A stretch of 64,000 nt of DNA from Malacoraja senta. Taxonomy: Eukaryota. The notes under the pieces are model-generated. The model was not told where the DNA came from. It did not search any database and saw only the letters and a program-made list of their open reading frames with translations. Positions within the stretch are counted from its first letter, which is position 1. Every line of letters begins with the position of its first letter. Shown here in pieces: positions 26,190 through 39,200 of this stretch. The DNA lies in contig CM075989.1 in the NCBI GenBank assembly GCA_038087875.1, positions 744,001-808,000 of the forward strand. Reading direction: 5' to 3'. Made by a program: the position numbers and the translations under genes.

Positions 26190-28140
26190 TTGTATGCCAT
26201 TCACCAAAACATAAGTACAATCAGACCAATGCAAAAAGGAAATGGGAACAGAGTGCAGAATATAGTATTACAGCTACAGGTAAAATGTGTAAGGGTGTAA
26301 CAAGGTAGATTGGAAGATTTAGCACACATCTTTAGCTTAGTGAGCTCCGTTCAATAATGTAATAATAACAGGAAAGAAGCTGTTCTTAAATTTGGTGCTA
26401 CATGTTTTTGAGCTTTTGTTTCATCCTTGTGATTGAGGCAGTGCAGCGTAGGTTCACGAGATTGATCCCTGGGATGGCAGGACTGTCATATGAGGAAAGG
26501 TTGAAAAGACTAGGCTTGTATTCTGGAGTTTAGAAGGATGAGGGGGTATCTTATAGAAACACATAAAATTATAAAAGGACTGGACAAGCTAGATGCAGGA
26601 AAAATGTTCCCAATGTTGGGCAAGTCCAGAACAAAGGGGCCACAGTCTTAGAATAAAGGGGAGGTCATTTAAGACTGAGGTGAGAAAAAACCTTTTCACC
26701 CAGAGAGTTGTGAATTTGTGGAATTCCCTGCCACAGAGGGCAGTGGTGGCCAAATCACTGGATGGATTTAAGAGAGAGTTAGATAGAGCTCTGGGACTAG
26801 AGGAATCAAGGGATATGGGGAGAAGGCAGGCACGGGTTATTGATTTGGGACGATCAGCCATGATCACAATGAATGGCGGTGCTGGCTCAATGGGCCGAAT
26901 GGCCTCCTCCTGCACCTATTTTTTATGTTTCTATGATGCGAAAGGTGAGAAGAGGGAATGACTGGGGTATATGTAGCGCTTGATCATATTGGCTGTTTAC
27001 CCGCTGTTGCATTAAAGGGCAGATGGAGTCAATGGGATGGAAGGAGGTGGCTGGTTTGTGTGATGGACTGGGCTACTTCCCAAAGTCTGCAATTTCCGAC
27101 CTGACAATAAACAGGCCTTTGTACCTTTGAATTTCCGCTGTCTTGGGTGGAGAATTGTCACACACAGTGATTGGATATTTTCTATGGTGCAACTGTAAAA
27201 GTGGGTAAGTTTTAGTTTTTAGTTTTAGAGATACAGCATGGAAACAGCCCACTGAGTCCGCACCAACCAGCGACCCCTGCACACATACTAACCCGTGCAG
27301 CTCAAGGGGAGAATTTAGAAACTCTGTACAGTCAAGCACCCGTGGTCAGGATCGAACCCAGGTCTCTGGTGCTGTAAGGCAGCAACGCTACCACGGCGCC
27401 AACTTTCAGCTCCTAGTTATTGGAGACTTAGTTTAATTTAGTTTTGTTTAGAGATACAGAGCAGAAACAGGCCCTTCGGCCCACCATGTGCGCACCAACC
27501 AGCGATCCCCGCACATTAAAATTACCCTACACACACCGAAGATCTCGGAGAAAACCCACGCGCTCACGGGGAGAACATACAATCTCCGTACAGAAAGCAT
27601 CCGTAGTCAGGATCTTACCCAGGTCTCTGGCGCTACAAGTGCTGTAAAGCAGCAACTCTACCGCTGTGTCACAGTGCCCCTCTATTGTTGAATTTATTTT
27701 ATCTTCCAGTGAATTAGAGGTATGTATGTGTGATTTCCATGGCACATCATCAATGTGGTTGAACCAGGACAGGTCATTTGATGATATCTAAACCATGTCT
27801 ATTTCAGTACCATTGGTGCAGACTGGGGCATGTTCTTCAACCCACTTCCTCAAGCTGTTGACTGACTCCTTAAGTTTGGACATTGAGGGCGAGGATGGTG
27901 TCTTGATATCTCCATCTCCTTCCGATACTCTGTATCATCATTGTATCATACCCAGCCAAATACAATGGTGTCATCTACATATTTCTAAATTAGAGCAGAT
28001 TCTGGCCACACGGTCATAGTAAAGGGCTGAGAATGCAGTTTTGTGGGTCACCAATGTTGAGAATTATCGTAGAGGATGTTTTGTCACCAATGCTTACTGA
28101 TTGTGGTCTACGGGTCAGGAATTAGAGGATACCTTTGTGG
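26190..28140 (-). mobile_element. Old Rex1/RTE-type LINE fragment with CR1 (26423-26936, +) and SINE insertions
   Basis: Degenerate LINE sequence resumes on both sides of the CR1; CR1 has RGHSLRIKG motif and (CTATGTTT)n tail. Confidence 0.55.
27430..27682 (-). mobile_element. tRNA-derived V-SINE/HE1-like SINE; related copies at ~27210-27402 (-), ~35400-35700 (-), ~45083-45355 (+)
   Basis: tRNA-like head, GCGTGGGTTTTCTCCG core, CR1-like 3' end, (CTAAA)n-like tail. Confidence 0.7.
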
Positions 28141-28563
28141 ATGAGAGGCATGGGTGGATGCGCAGTCCTAACTGGGACTTTTGTAAAGAAATTCATTGGA
28201 ATTGCGGTGTTTAGAGAGAACCAGAATCAATAATTAGTTGCCCTTGTTATGTGGATAATTGTTGTGATCTTTTCCCATGGAGGGAGCATGAAGCCAGAAA
28301 GTAGATTTTTAAAGTTGGGGCGGGGGTGAATTTAAAAACGACACCAATGTACTAAATAAGCTACTTTAGGAAGCTATAGAAGAGGGTCCAATTTCAAGGT
28401 GAAGAAGACATCTTGACAGTTGTATGGAAAGGAAGGAAATGAGACTGGGTCCAGAACCAGGGGCCACAGTCTAAGAATAAATGGGAGGCCATTTAAAACT
28501 GAGATGAGAAAAAAAGGTTTTCACCCAGAGAGTTGTGAATTTGGGGAATTCTCTGCAACATAA

Positions 28564-29165
28564 AGGCTCTGTCTTACCTGTTTGCGGTCATCGGCGGTGA
28601 AGCGCGGCGTTGCCGGTAGCGAGGACCGCGCGGCAACGGCGAGAGCATCGAGCCTATCCGCCGAGCGCCGCACGGATGCTGCGCGGGGGCCGAGTTAATT
28701 CAAACACGGCGGGTCCCACGTGCTTGCGGTAAGTAAAAAAAGGGCGGGCCGACTGTGATGACGTCGGCCCTCCGCACGTGACTCACCAGCGGCGGCTGTG
28801 GCGGCGGCCATCCTGATCGCGGCGCTGTAGCGGTGGCTGTGCCTGCGGCCGTGCAGCACACGTGCTTCACTGGCGGCGGCACGTGCATCACTGGCGGAGG
28901 CTGTGGCAGTGGAGGTTTGACGCACGGCGCTCGAGCCATACTGGCGGCGGCCCGTGCGAGCGGCCGTGCGCACTCGTGCATCACTGGTGGAGGTTGTGCG
29001 GTGAGTATTTTGTTTTGGACATTGTCGTTTTTATTTTAGCACCGCGCGGTGTTGGGAACACCGCCGCACGGCTCGGGAATTGTACTTTCTCATGAGTGCG
29101 CGGTCTATGGTGGCAGATTCCTCCCGTTTCGCCGCCATAGACCGCAGACTCGTGAGACAGGCCTT
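28564..29165. mobile_element. PIF/Harbinger-type MITE in a CR1 3' end
   Basis: AGGCTCTGTC...GACAGGCCTT ends; TAA at 28561-28563 and 29166-29168; CR1 joins across it. Confidence 0.8.
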
Positions 29166-29645
29166 TAAGGCAGTAGAGGCCAATTCACTGGATGAATTTA
29201 AAAGAGAGTGCCTGGCCCACTTAAGTGACTTCAAGGCGACAGCAGGAGACTATGTAGTCCCCACATGGTCGGCACATGTTCGCGGGCGGTTGCCGGGAAG
29301 TCGCCTTCATGGTCGTGAGGAGTTCCCACATTCTGGGAACCTCATTGTAACAAGGTGACCCAAACACACGTAAGATACAACACATTTTTATTAAAGCACT
29401 TAAAGCATAGGATCTGCAGTACATTACAGCTCCGAGCTGCTACATCTACTGCCTGACGTAGGCGAGCTCTTAATATTATTATATATTTTTTTATTAAATC
29501 TTTATTTCGAACAGAATAAAAAATAAAAAGCAAGTGTGAAACAGCATACAAATACCAAAAAAAAATATATATATATATTTATAAAGTTTCATAAACAATA
29601 TTTATAAATAAATGAATCGTACGTGCCGAAAAGGAGCAGGAAGAA

Positions 29646-30415
29646 TAGAATAGAGTAGAATAGAATAGAATGCATTTTATTGTCATTCAAACAACTTGGA
29701 CTGAACAAAATTGCATTTTCTACAGTTTTTACATTACAAAAAAAAACAAGACCCACACTTAACACAGTTTACATAAACATCCATCACATTGAATCTCCAA
29801 CACCTCCTCACTATGATAGAAGGCAAAGTCTTATCTCTTCCCTTTGTTCTTCTCCCGCAGTCCAGCAATCCAACTGCAACGTCGAGGCGACTGGGGCTCC
29901 CGATGTTAAAGCCCCCGGCAGACGATGGTAAGTCCTGTGGCCATAAAGCCAAGCCGGGCGATGTTAGGCCCCGGCTCCGTGTCCTTTAAACCCCACGATT
30001 CCAGCGGGAGACGTTGCCATTGCGGGATTTCCGAAAAGCACTCCCACCAGGGACCTGGAGCTCCCGGTGTTCCTGTCCACCAGGCCTGCGGCCGAAGCCT
30101 CCGAAGCTCCAAAGTCAGGTCGCAGCTGCGCGTCACCACAGCTCTTCCCGCTCCGAAGATGGTCAGCTCCGCGATGGCAGGTCCGCAGGCTCAGCGACTG
30201 GAGCCCTCAGGTCAGTCCCGGCCGGAGGCCGCCGCCGGCTCCACGATGTTAGGCCCAACGACATCGGAGACCCGACAGGGAAAAAGTCGGGTCCCCGTAC
30301 AGGGAAAAGACTACCGGTTTCCCCCACATCCCTCCCTCCACCCCCACATATGCACAGCTAAAAAATAATAAAAACTAGGCTCAAGACATACATTTAACAA
30401 GACAAAAATTAAAAA
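29646..30415 (-). mobile_element. Non-autonomous non-LTR element with (TTCTA)n tail; relative at 39687-40422
   Basis: Shared blocks AAACATCCA.CAC...CTCCT...CCTCACT.TGAT.GAA and GATGGTAAGTCC in both copies. Confidence 0.55.
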
Positions 30416-32608
30416 AAGCCAAAGCTTATTAATTCCCACCCCTTATTCAACTGCTTATAATTATCATACAAATTTAGCAGCTATAAACACCTATTCCCAT
30501 ATGTACACCAAATTATTTACATTTATACACTAATCAAATATTTACAAAGCCATACAAAAAAAGAGAGAAAAAAATAAAAATAAAAACCCCTCAAAAAACC
30601 CACAGTATCTCTTAGTCATATATACAACCCATCACCCTATAATCACCCTTCCCAATACAATCAGTATAACAAATATCCCACTCAAAATCACCTATCCTCA
30701 TCCCAATATCCTTTAAAAAAAGTGTTTTTGTACATCTTTTTAAACTGAATTATGTTTATGCTAAGTTTTATCTCCTGTTCCATTCCACAAATTCACCCCA
30801 CAGATTGCTATGCACATACTTTTAAGAGTTGTTCTGACATTGAGTTTTTTAAATTAAGTTCCCCTCTCAAATTATACCCGCCCTGTCTTTCCATAAACAG
30901 TTTTTGTATATTTCCCAGAAGTAAATTATTTCTTGCTTTGTACATGATTTGTGCAGTCTTAAATTTAACCAGATTGGTGAACTTCAGTGTATGTGACTTT
31001 ACGAATAATAAATTGGTATGTCCAAGATATCCAACGTTATTGATGATTACTATTGCTCTTTTTTGTAATGTACATAACGGCTGTAGGTTGGTTTTGTAGG
31101 CGTTACCCCATATCTCCACACAGTAACTCAGATATGGCAATATGAGTGTTTTATACAGAGTATGTAATGATTTGTGGTCCACAATGTGTCTTGATTTTCC
31201 CAATATTGCTAGCTTTGCTTTGACATGGTTTATATGTGGTTTCCAGCAGTTTTTGAGGTCTAAGATCACACCAAGGAATTTATTTTAATTTACTCTTTCT
31301 ATACTTATGTTATCTATTATCAATTGTACTTGAGGGTTTGTTTTATGTTTTCCAAATAGCATAATCTTTGTTTTGTTAAATTTAGAGACAATTTGTTGAC
31401 ATCAAACCACTGTTTTAATTTATTCATTTCTGATGTGATAACCTCCGATTGTCACCGGAACAAAAAATATTCGTATGATCGGCAAATAAAATCAATTTCA
31501 GTATATTTGATACTGCATATGTCGTTAATGTATATTATGAAAAGCTTTGGACCTAACACAGACCCTTGAGGTACTCCACAAGTTATGTTCATGTAAGTTG
31601 ATTTATGTTCACCTATTTCTATAAATTGTTGCCTGTTTCTTAAATAACTTCTCACCCAATCGAATCCAACCCCTCTGATGCCATACCTATCCAGTTTCAT
31701 GAGTAAAATGTTGTGGTTTATGGTATCAAATGTTTTTTTTTAAGTCTATGAATATTCCCACTGCAAGTTTTTTATTATCTATGCAATTTGTGATTTCCTC
31801 GATTAGTTCCATTAGTGCCATAGATGTTGATCTGTCTGTCCGGAATCCATATTGACTGTCGACCAAAAGCTTATGTTTTTCAATGAAATTGTCAAGACCT
31901 TCTGTAAAAAGTTTTTCAAGGATCTTGGAGAATTGGGATAGTAAAGAAACAGGCCTGTAATTTGTGAAATGGTGTTTATCCCCAGTTTTATATAATGGTA
32001 TTACTTTTGCTATTTTCATTTTGTTCGAAAATTTACTGGATTAAAAAGACAAGTTACAGATATGAGTTATTGGTTCTGCAATTTCTTCAATAATGTTTTT
32101 TATTATAATCATATCAATATCATTCCAATCAGTAGAGGATTTGCTTTTACATTTTCTTACAGTGTCTATGAATTATTTTCCTTTGACTGCTCTAAGGAAG
32201 ATAGGGCTGGTATTTCTATCCTAAATATCAGTATCCGCCCCTTCTTTTGTTTCTGGGTCATTAACTTTTTCTGCCAAATCTGGTCCCACATTTACAAAGA
32301 ATTTGTTAAAACCATTAACCGCATCATCCATATTATTTATTGTCTTGTCTTTCTCAATAAAATACTCAGGGTAGCCTGTATTTTTTTATCCATTTCTAAT
32401 AATATTATTTAGCAGGTTCCATAAACCTTTCATATTGTTTTTATTATTCTCTAATATTTTATTATAGTATTCTTTCTTACATATCCTCATAATATTGGTT
32501 AATTTATTCTTATATTTTTTATATTTATTTTCTGCTTCTGAAGTTCGATATTTTATGAATTTACTATATAGTGTGTTTTTCTTTTTCCAGGCATTTTTGA
32601 AACTTTTA

Positions 32609-33139
32609 AGGGCCTGTCCCACGGGCATGCGACTCCATGCGGCAAGCGCGACCTAACTGCAAGTGGGGGCAGCGCGCGGGCCGCGCGGAGGTCGAGTGAT
32701 CCCCGCACAGGGCCGGTCCCACCAGCATGCGGCAGCATGCGGCAAGCGCGACCTAACATGAAGCGGAGGCCACGCGGAGGTCGAGTGACGTCAAGACGGT
32801 GCGTACGGCGGCGAGGCGGTGCGCACGGCTGTTGAGGCGGTGTGCACGGCCGTCGATGCGGCTGCGTCCGGCGTCAAGGCGGTGTGCACGGCCGTCGATA
32901 TGCTGCGCACGGCCATCGATGCGGCTGCGGGGCGGCAGGCCGTTGCCGCACGGAATATTTGAACAGTGTCAGTTTTTCGGAGCCCCGCTCGATGTCGGGA
33001 CCAGCTGCGCACAACTCCATACGGCTCCGGCGATCGAACTGGGACCGGCCCCGCGACCTCCGCGCGGCCCCCGCGCGGCCCCCGCTTGCGGTTAGGTCGC
33101 GCTTGCCGCATGGAGTCGCATGCCCGTGGGACAGGCCCT
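32609..33139. mobile_element. Young PIF/Harbinger MITE
   Basis: 49-bp perfect TIR starting AGGGCCTGTCCCACGGGCATGCG; flanked by TTA and TAA; CpG-rich internal repeats. Confidence 0.92.
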
Positions 33140-34423
33140 TAAGTGATCCATGGACTATTTGATTGTTTTTGTCTATCACTATATTCTTTCACAGGACAGT
33201 TTTTGTCATAAAGTGATTTAAAAATATTTAGAAATCCATTGTATGCTTTGTCGGTATCTTCACCCTCTTGTACTGCCCTCCAATTCTGTTTCAGAAATCC
33301 ATTCTTAAATACATTTATGTTTTCTTCAGTTCTCACCCTTTTGTATTATAAAACACATACTAGGCGGGGCTACTACTAACAAGCACTATGATTGGCTCGC
33401 ATGCAATAGCCAATCTATACTCATTATGGTTGCCGTGAATTTTTCAACATATTGTAAAATTAGTGGCGACTAGAATGAAGCCGCCATGGAGAGTAGCGAG
33501 AATTCTCGATCCTTAGTTAGGTCGCCAGGAGGTCCTAGTGGGTTGCCAGGAGGTCGAAGGTTCTCCGAGGTTCTCGTAGGTTATAACCAGTGCTGACTGG
33601 TGAATTTTATTGGCTCGATGGGGGAAAAAAAAGGTAAGCAGTAGTTTTCAGATCCAAGGATAACCGACGGGTAATGCTAAATGTCCGCTGAGATTCACAG
33701 CCGTGTATCTCTGGCATCTTAAAAGTTGTCTCCAGTCCTTCTATCCCCTTCTCCCCCTTTATCCCCCCTCTTTTAAAGGACTCACCGTACGCTGTTCTTT
33801 AGCCATCTTTTGACAGTGCCAACGTTCCTGTTGATCGCGGTGTGTGTCTGTTTCACTTTGAATATTTTAGACAGCACTCCTCCCGCTTACCCTGTCTCCC
33901 ACCTGCATAATGGGCTGGTGAAGGAAGCAATGTGTTTGTGTGTGTGTGTGTTCCACGCTGACAGTCACCTTTCCAGTTGCTGGTTTTTCAAGCGACTGCC
34001 AGCAACTTGACAGTCGCCGGCAATCCGCTGAAAAATCGCCTAAGTGGGAACGGCCCATTAGATAGAGCTTTAGTGGCTTGTGGAATCAAGGGATATGGGG
34101 AAAAGTCAGGCATGGGTAACTGATTATGGATGATCAGCCATGATCACAACGAATCGCGGCGCTGGCTCGAAGAGCCAATGGCCTCATCCTGCACCTATTT
34201 TCTATGTTTCTATGGTGTAGATTGATAGCGTGGTAGACATGAACGGGTTGGATTGAAGAGCCTGTTTCCGTGCTGTGTAACTCTATGGGAGTCGTTTACA
34301 ATTTGCCAAGGATAGACAACAATTGATTAAATGTGGTCTAGCACCAAAGAAAGGAAGATGATTAAAGAGTTCAAATGGGTTATGAAATGGAGCTGAGCCT
34401 GAATGGAAAGTATTGAATCTTTT

Positions 34424-35313
34424 TCACGACTTTACTGTTTTAATGATCATATTTAGTGGGTATTGCAACCCACTCTTGAACTCCTGTCTGAACCTCCTCT
34501 GGGTCACTCCATAGATACACGTGTTGATGCAGCAACTCAGCAGTAGCAACATGTTGCCACTTTCCTGGAGAGCAGCGCCGGATACAAATTTACCGTTTGT
34601 AAATTGGACATAGAAGATATTTACAACATATGTTGCCCACAACAAGATAGAACTTCCTGAGATAGCAAATAGTAAAATGATGGACATCTTCCGACTCTCC
34701 ATTTCTGGGTCTTTCTGATTCTCTCCTTTGCCACGGACCTGCAATCTCTCGCGGACTCTGTTTGAAGCCAGAATGTGTCGAACAGTCAGAACGTTTAGCA
34801 ACAACATCAGAAGGAAGGGGACACATGGGTTTAACATACGGCCAATCCAAGCAAATGCTATCCATGAAGAATTGGAATAAAAGCTTAACTTAATATTACA
34901 GAACCATTGGACATCATTAACAATATATAAAGGCTCGTGTACAAAGTACCAGGGAATGTTTCTCACAGAACTCACAATACAAATCGTGAAGATAACAATC
35001 GCCCCCATTTTCTCAGTGCAGTAGCTTGTTTTCAGCTTCTGGCAGCAGATGGCTACAAACCGATTGAAGGTGAACGCAACTGTCAGCCAGACTGAGCTGT
35101 CTCTGACAGCAAAGATAAGAGTTATTCTGAAGCTACAGGATGGAGTGGTATAGAGGAAGAAAACAGGGAAATAAATGATACTAATCCTGTTTAGTATCAC
35201 TGCTGTGACAAGGACAAGTGTATCTGCCATCGCCATGCTCATCAGGTACCAAGTGATACATCTCGACAGTCCGCACCTTCCCCGAGCCAGGATCACCATT
35301 GTCACCAAGTTAC
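34424..35313 (-). CDS. GPR139-like class A GPCR, copy 1, exon 2 (spliced protein 319 aa)
   Basis: 7TM hydrophobic pattern; MAMAD (TM2), FNRFVAIC (DRY equivalent), WFC, LNPCVPF, SCCINTCIY; acceptor TTTCTTTTTAAATGAG; phase-1 join gives GVPGNLV. Confidence 0.9.
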
Positions 35314-35829
35314 CTCATTTAAAAAGAAACAAACAAACAATTAATTCGACCAATCATTACCGGGCAATGGCAAATTGTACAAATAATTAACTGGGTGGAT
35401 AATTCAGTTTAGTTTCACTTAGTTTATTTAGTTTAGTTTAGTTGAGAGATACTTTGTGGAAAAAAGGCTCTTCGGCCCACCGAGTCCACACCAACTAACG
35501 ATAACTCCAACACAAGTTCTATGTTATCCCAATTTCACATCCTACACATTAGAGGCAATTAGCAGAAGCCATTTAACTTACAGACTTGCACGTCTATAAA
35601 ATATGGGAGGAAACCGGAGCACCTGGAGAAAATCCATGCATTCGCTGATAGAATGTAGAAACTCAATACAAGGTAATAAATGTGCAGATTGGGTCTGTAC
35701 TAATTGGAGAGAGAAGTGATCTTATTGCAGTCTGTAGGGTTCTGGGGAAGCTTGATGCAGTAATATTGAGATGATATTTCTGTTGTTGGAAGATTCAGAA
35801 CAAGGGGGAAAGTCTCATGTGAATCTTTG

Positions 35830-35975
35830 GCTATTTCTGGGTGTTTCTGTTTCTCTCCTTTTCCATGGACCTGCAATTCCCCACGGATTCTGGTTGCAGT
35901 TGACATGTGCCTGGTGCCACACTAAGGTCAAAGGTGACAAATGGGTTTAATGTACATCCAATCCAGACATCTGCC
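35830..35975 (-). pseudogene. Decayed TM5-ICL3 fragment of a third GPR139-like paralog
   Basis: VWIGCTLNPFVTF and RIRGELQVHGKGEKQKHPE vs AWIGRMLNPCVPF and RVRERLQVRGKGENQKDPE. Confidence 0.8.
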
Positions 35976-36459
35976 TTCCCAAAGACTAACCGGGTCTTTG
36001 ACAGCTTGTAGGTTGTAACTAATGCAGAGCACCAGGAATCATTGGCCCCTGTTAATTTATTATTCATTGAACACCAACTGTTCGGTGTTCAAGAGTATCG
36101 ATGGCCCAAAGGTAGGTGGAAGGGCATGTTACAATGAGGATATCGTGATCCTGCCATAGGATATAGATAGGATGAGTGAATGCCCAACAACATGGCAAAT
36201 GGTGTTTAATTACGGAAAGTGAGAGGCCATGCACATTGGAGGAATCAAAAGGACTCATTTAAAAGAAGAGAGGTTGCAATAAGTGAAGTAAAGACACCAG
36301 CAGCACCTGCTAATTATTTGTGATTCAAGCATAAAAATACCAGGACAATCTGCACGTTTCTCATTTGCAATCCTTCTCCATTGTCTTATTGTCTCCATTG
36401 AAAAGGGAAAGTGGGAACCATTTACAATGTTTATACCGTTGGTTCAGACCTCTAACTGC

Positions 36460-36770
36460 ATGTAAGCCTTGCTTTCCCTCCCGCTCCATCACACCCCCTT
36501 CCCAGTTTTCCGACCAGTCTGACTGTCTCCAATTACATTTTATCTCTGTTTGCTTTGTTGTTCCCTTCTTCCAGCTAACAATGATATCTTCTACATTTTC
36601 TTTGATCAGAATCCCTTTGTCCTGTTTGACATATTACACTTCCTTATCTATGTATCTCCCTCTCCCCTGACATCAGTCTGAAGTAGGGTCTCGACACAAA
36701 ACATCACCCATTCATTTTCTCCAGAGAGGCTGCCTGTCCAGTTGAGTTACTCCAGCATTTTGTGTCTACC
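36460..36770 (+). mobile_element. Penelope pseudo-LTR fragment; others at ~37105-37220 (-), ~44815-44945 (-), ~54270-54514 (-)
   Basis: CAGTCTGAAGTAGGGTCTCGAC...GAGTTACTCCAGCATTTTGTGTCTA, homologous to 24675-24768. Confidence 0.7.
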
Positions 36771-38029
36771 ATTTAGAAATAATTGTTAAAATGTTGCACT
36801 ATTTTGATCACCTTATTTAATGAATAACATGGTCACATCGGTGTAACAATTCCTTCTTGCCCTTACCACTAAAATGCTTTGGAACTTTCCTTAATCGTAT
36901 TCACCAGTGGTATTTCATGTGGTAATTTCTTTATTAAATGTTCACAGAGTAAACAGGTAAAGTGTGTGCTGATGCCAGTATAGCAAATGTGATAACTTTA
37001 TTGGAGAAGGGCTGCAAGGGTTAGTTAGGAAATTAATGATCCATGTCAAGCAAGGTTTTGCCAAAAGTTCTGCAGGGAAGAATTGAAGTACACAGGAGGG
37101 ACAAGGAACTGCAGATTCTGGAATATTGAATAAAATGCAAAGTGCTGGAATAACTGATGCAGCATTGGTCGAGGGAATGGACAGGCAATGTTTGGGATCA
37201 GGACCCTTCTTCAAACTGAATTAATGTACCCATGGTGAGGGTGTAAGTATGTAATGAATCAACTATTAAGACAAAATTCCACACTTATATTTTTCTCTTA
37301 TCACTACCTGTTGTTCTGGTGCAGGATTTGATTATGCTCATAGATATTACGATTTCACTGTACAGCGCACAAATAATTTCACGGCATCGCAGCACAATTA
37401 ACAAAAATAAACAAAAATCAACACCAACGGACAGTATGGTTCTGTTAGAGGACAAACTTGTCTGAGCGATTCGTGTGAAGTTATCAAATGCATTAAATAT
37501 AGTTTGCATGGAAGTCAGTAAGGCATTACTGGAGGCATATAGGACACTGGTCTGAAAGATGAGAGCACATGGAATCTAAGGGAAGTTGTGAAATTGTATC
37601 CAATATCTGAGTTGTAATGGGACACATAGATTGATGGTAGAGATTTAACTCTGTAAGTGGATGCCTATGACCAGTGGTGTACCACATGATGTTGAGACAA
37701 GTTACTGGATATACATTAATGATTTTGATTGAATGCAAGAGCTATAATCAAATCTTTTGAGAAAATGAAAATTGGTAGCATTGCTGATGGTGAAGAGGAT
37801 TGCTGTGGCTACAGGATGATGTTGATCAGTTGATGAGATGGGTAGATAGTAGGAGATGGAAGCCAATTCTGACAAGTGCAAGTTCATGCACTTTGAGATG
37901 ACCAAAGTGGGTAGAATATATATAAAATAAATGGTAGGGGTCTTGTGAGTATTAAGAAACAGAGGGGTCTCAGTGCACAACTAAGGATCCATGAAGACAG
38001 CAGCAAAGGTAGATTACGTGATGAAAAAT

Positions 38030-39200
38030 GCAGAGGGGATATTTGATAAGGTCCCACATAGGAGATTAGTGGGCAAAATTAGGGCACATGGTATTGGGGG
38101 TTGAGTGCTGACATGAATAGAGAAGTGGTTGGCAGACAGGAAATATAGAGTAGGGATTAACGTGTCCCTTTCAGAATGGCAGGCAGTGACTAGTGGGGTA
38201 CCGCAAGGCTCGCTGCTGGGTCCGCAGCTATTTACAATATACATCAATGATTTGGATGAAGGGATTCAAAGTAACATTAGCAAATTTGCAGATGACACAA
38301 AGCTGGGTGGCAGTGTGAACTGTGAGGAGGATGCTATGAGAATGCAGGGTGACTTGGACAGGTTGGAGGAGTGGGACGATGCATGGCAGATGAAGTTTAA
38401 TGCGGATAAATGTGAGGTTATCCACTTTGGTAGCAAAAACAGGAAGGCAGATTACTATCTAAATGGCGTCAAGTTGAGAAAAGGGGAAGTACAGCGGGAT
38501 CTGGGGGTCCTTGTACATCAGTGTATGAAAGTAAGCATGCAGGTACTGCAGGCAGTGAAGAAAGCGAATGGCATGTTGGCCTTAATAACAAGTGGAATCG
38601 AATATAGGAGGAAAGAGGTCCTTCTACAGTTGTACAGAGCCCTAGTGAGACCACACCTGGAGTATTGTGTGCAGTTTTGGTCCCCTAATTTGAGGAAGGA
38701 CATTCTTGCTATTGAGGGAGTGCAGCGTAGGTTTACAAGGTTAATTCCCGGGATGGCTGGACTGTCATATGCCGAGAGAATGGAGCAGCTGGGCTTGTAC
38801 ACTCTGGAGTTTAGATGGATGAGAGGAGATCTCATTGAAACATATAAGATTGTTAAGGGTTTGGACATGCTAGAGGCAGGAAACAGGTTCCCGATGTTGG
38901 GGGAGTCCAAAACCAGTGGCCAGAGTTTAAGAATAAGGAGTAAGCCATTTAGAACGGAGACGAGGAAACACTTTTTCTCACAGTGAGTGGTGAGTCTGTG
39001 GAATTCTCTGCCTCAGAGGGTGGTGGAGGCAGGTTCTCTTGATGCTTTCAAGAGAGAGCTAGATAGGGCTCTTAAAGATAGCAGAGTCAGGGGATAAGGG
39101 GAGAAGGCAGGAACGGGGATTATCAGCCATGGTCACATTGAATGGCTCAAAGGGCTGAATGGCCTACTCCTGCACCTATTGTCTACTGTCTACTGTCTAC
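38030..39200 (+). mobile_element. 5'-truncated CR1 in the intron of GPCR copy 1
   Basis: 285-aa RT C-terminal ORF (GVPQGS, FADD, LVRPHLEYC); CTATTGT-type tail. Confidence 0.93.

Larger units (their letters stand above)
29480..33350 (-). mobile_element. L2-group (Crack/Daphne-like) LINE, 5'-truncated
   Basis: KIAKVIPLYK, NYRPVSLL, QYGFR, GVPQGSVLGP, PYLSYCVEIWG in broken frames. Confidence 0.85.
29209..34058. mobile_element. Non-autonomous Harbinger-type element carrying nested LINE and MITE insertions
   Basis: GCCTGGCCCACTTAAG ... CCTAAGTGGGAACGGCCC; splits CR1 AGAGAG|TTAGATAGAGCT; right part homologous to 42988-43497. Confidence 0.7.

Noticed and set aside
32605..33142. TTAA-TSD (piggyBac/Kolobok) reading of the MITE
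   Set aside because: Sister elements with the same TIR tip have 3-bp TWA TSDs and one carries a Harbinger transposase remnant.
28695..33179. Ala/Arg-rich ORFs in GC-rich patches
   Set aside because: They lie inside MITEs and a non-autonomous retroelement and show no domain motifs.
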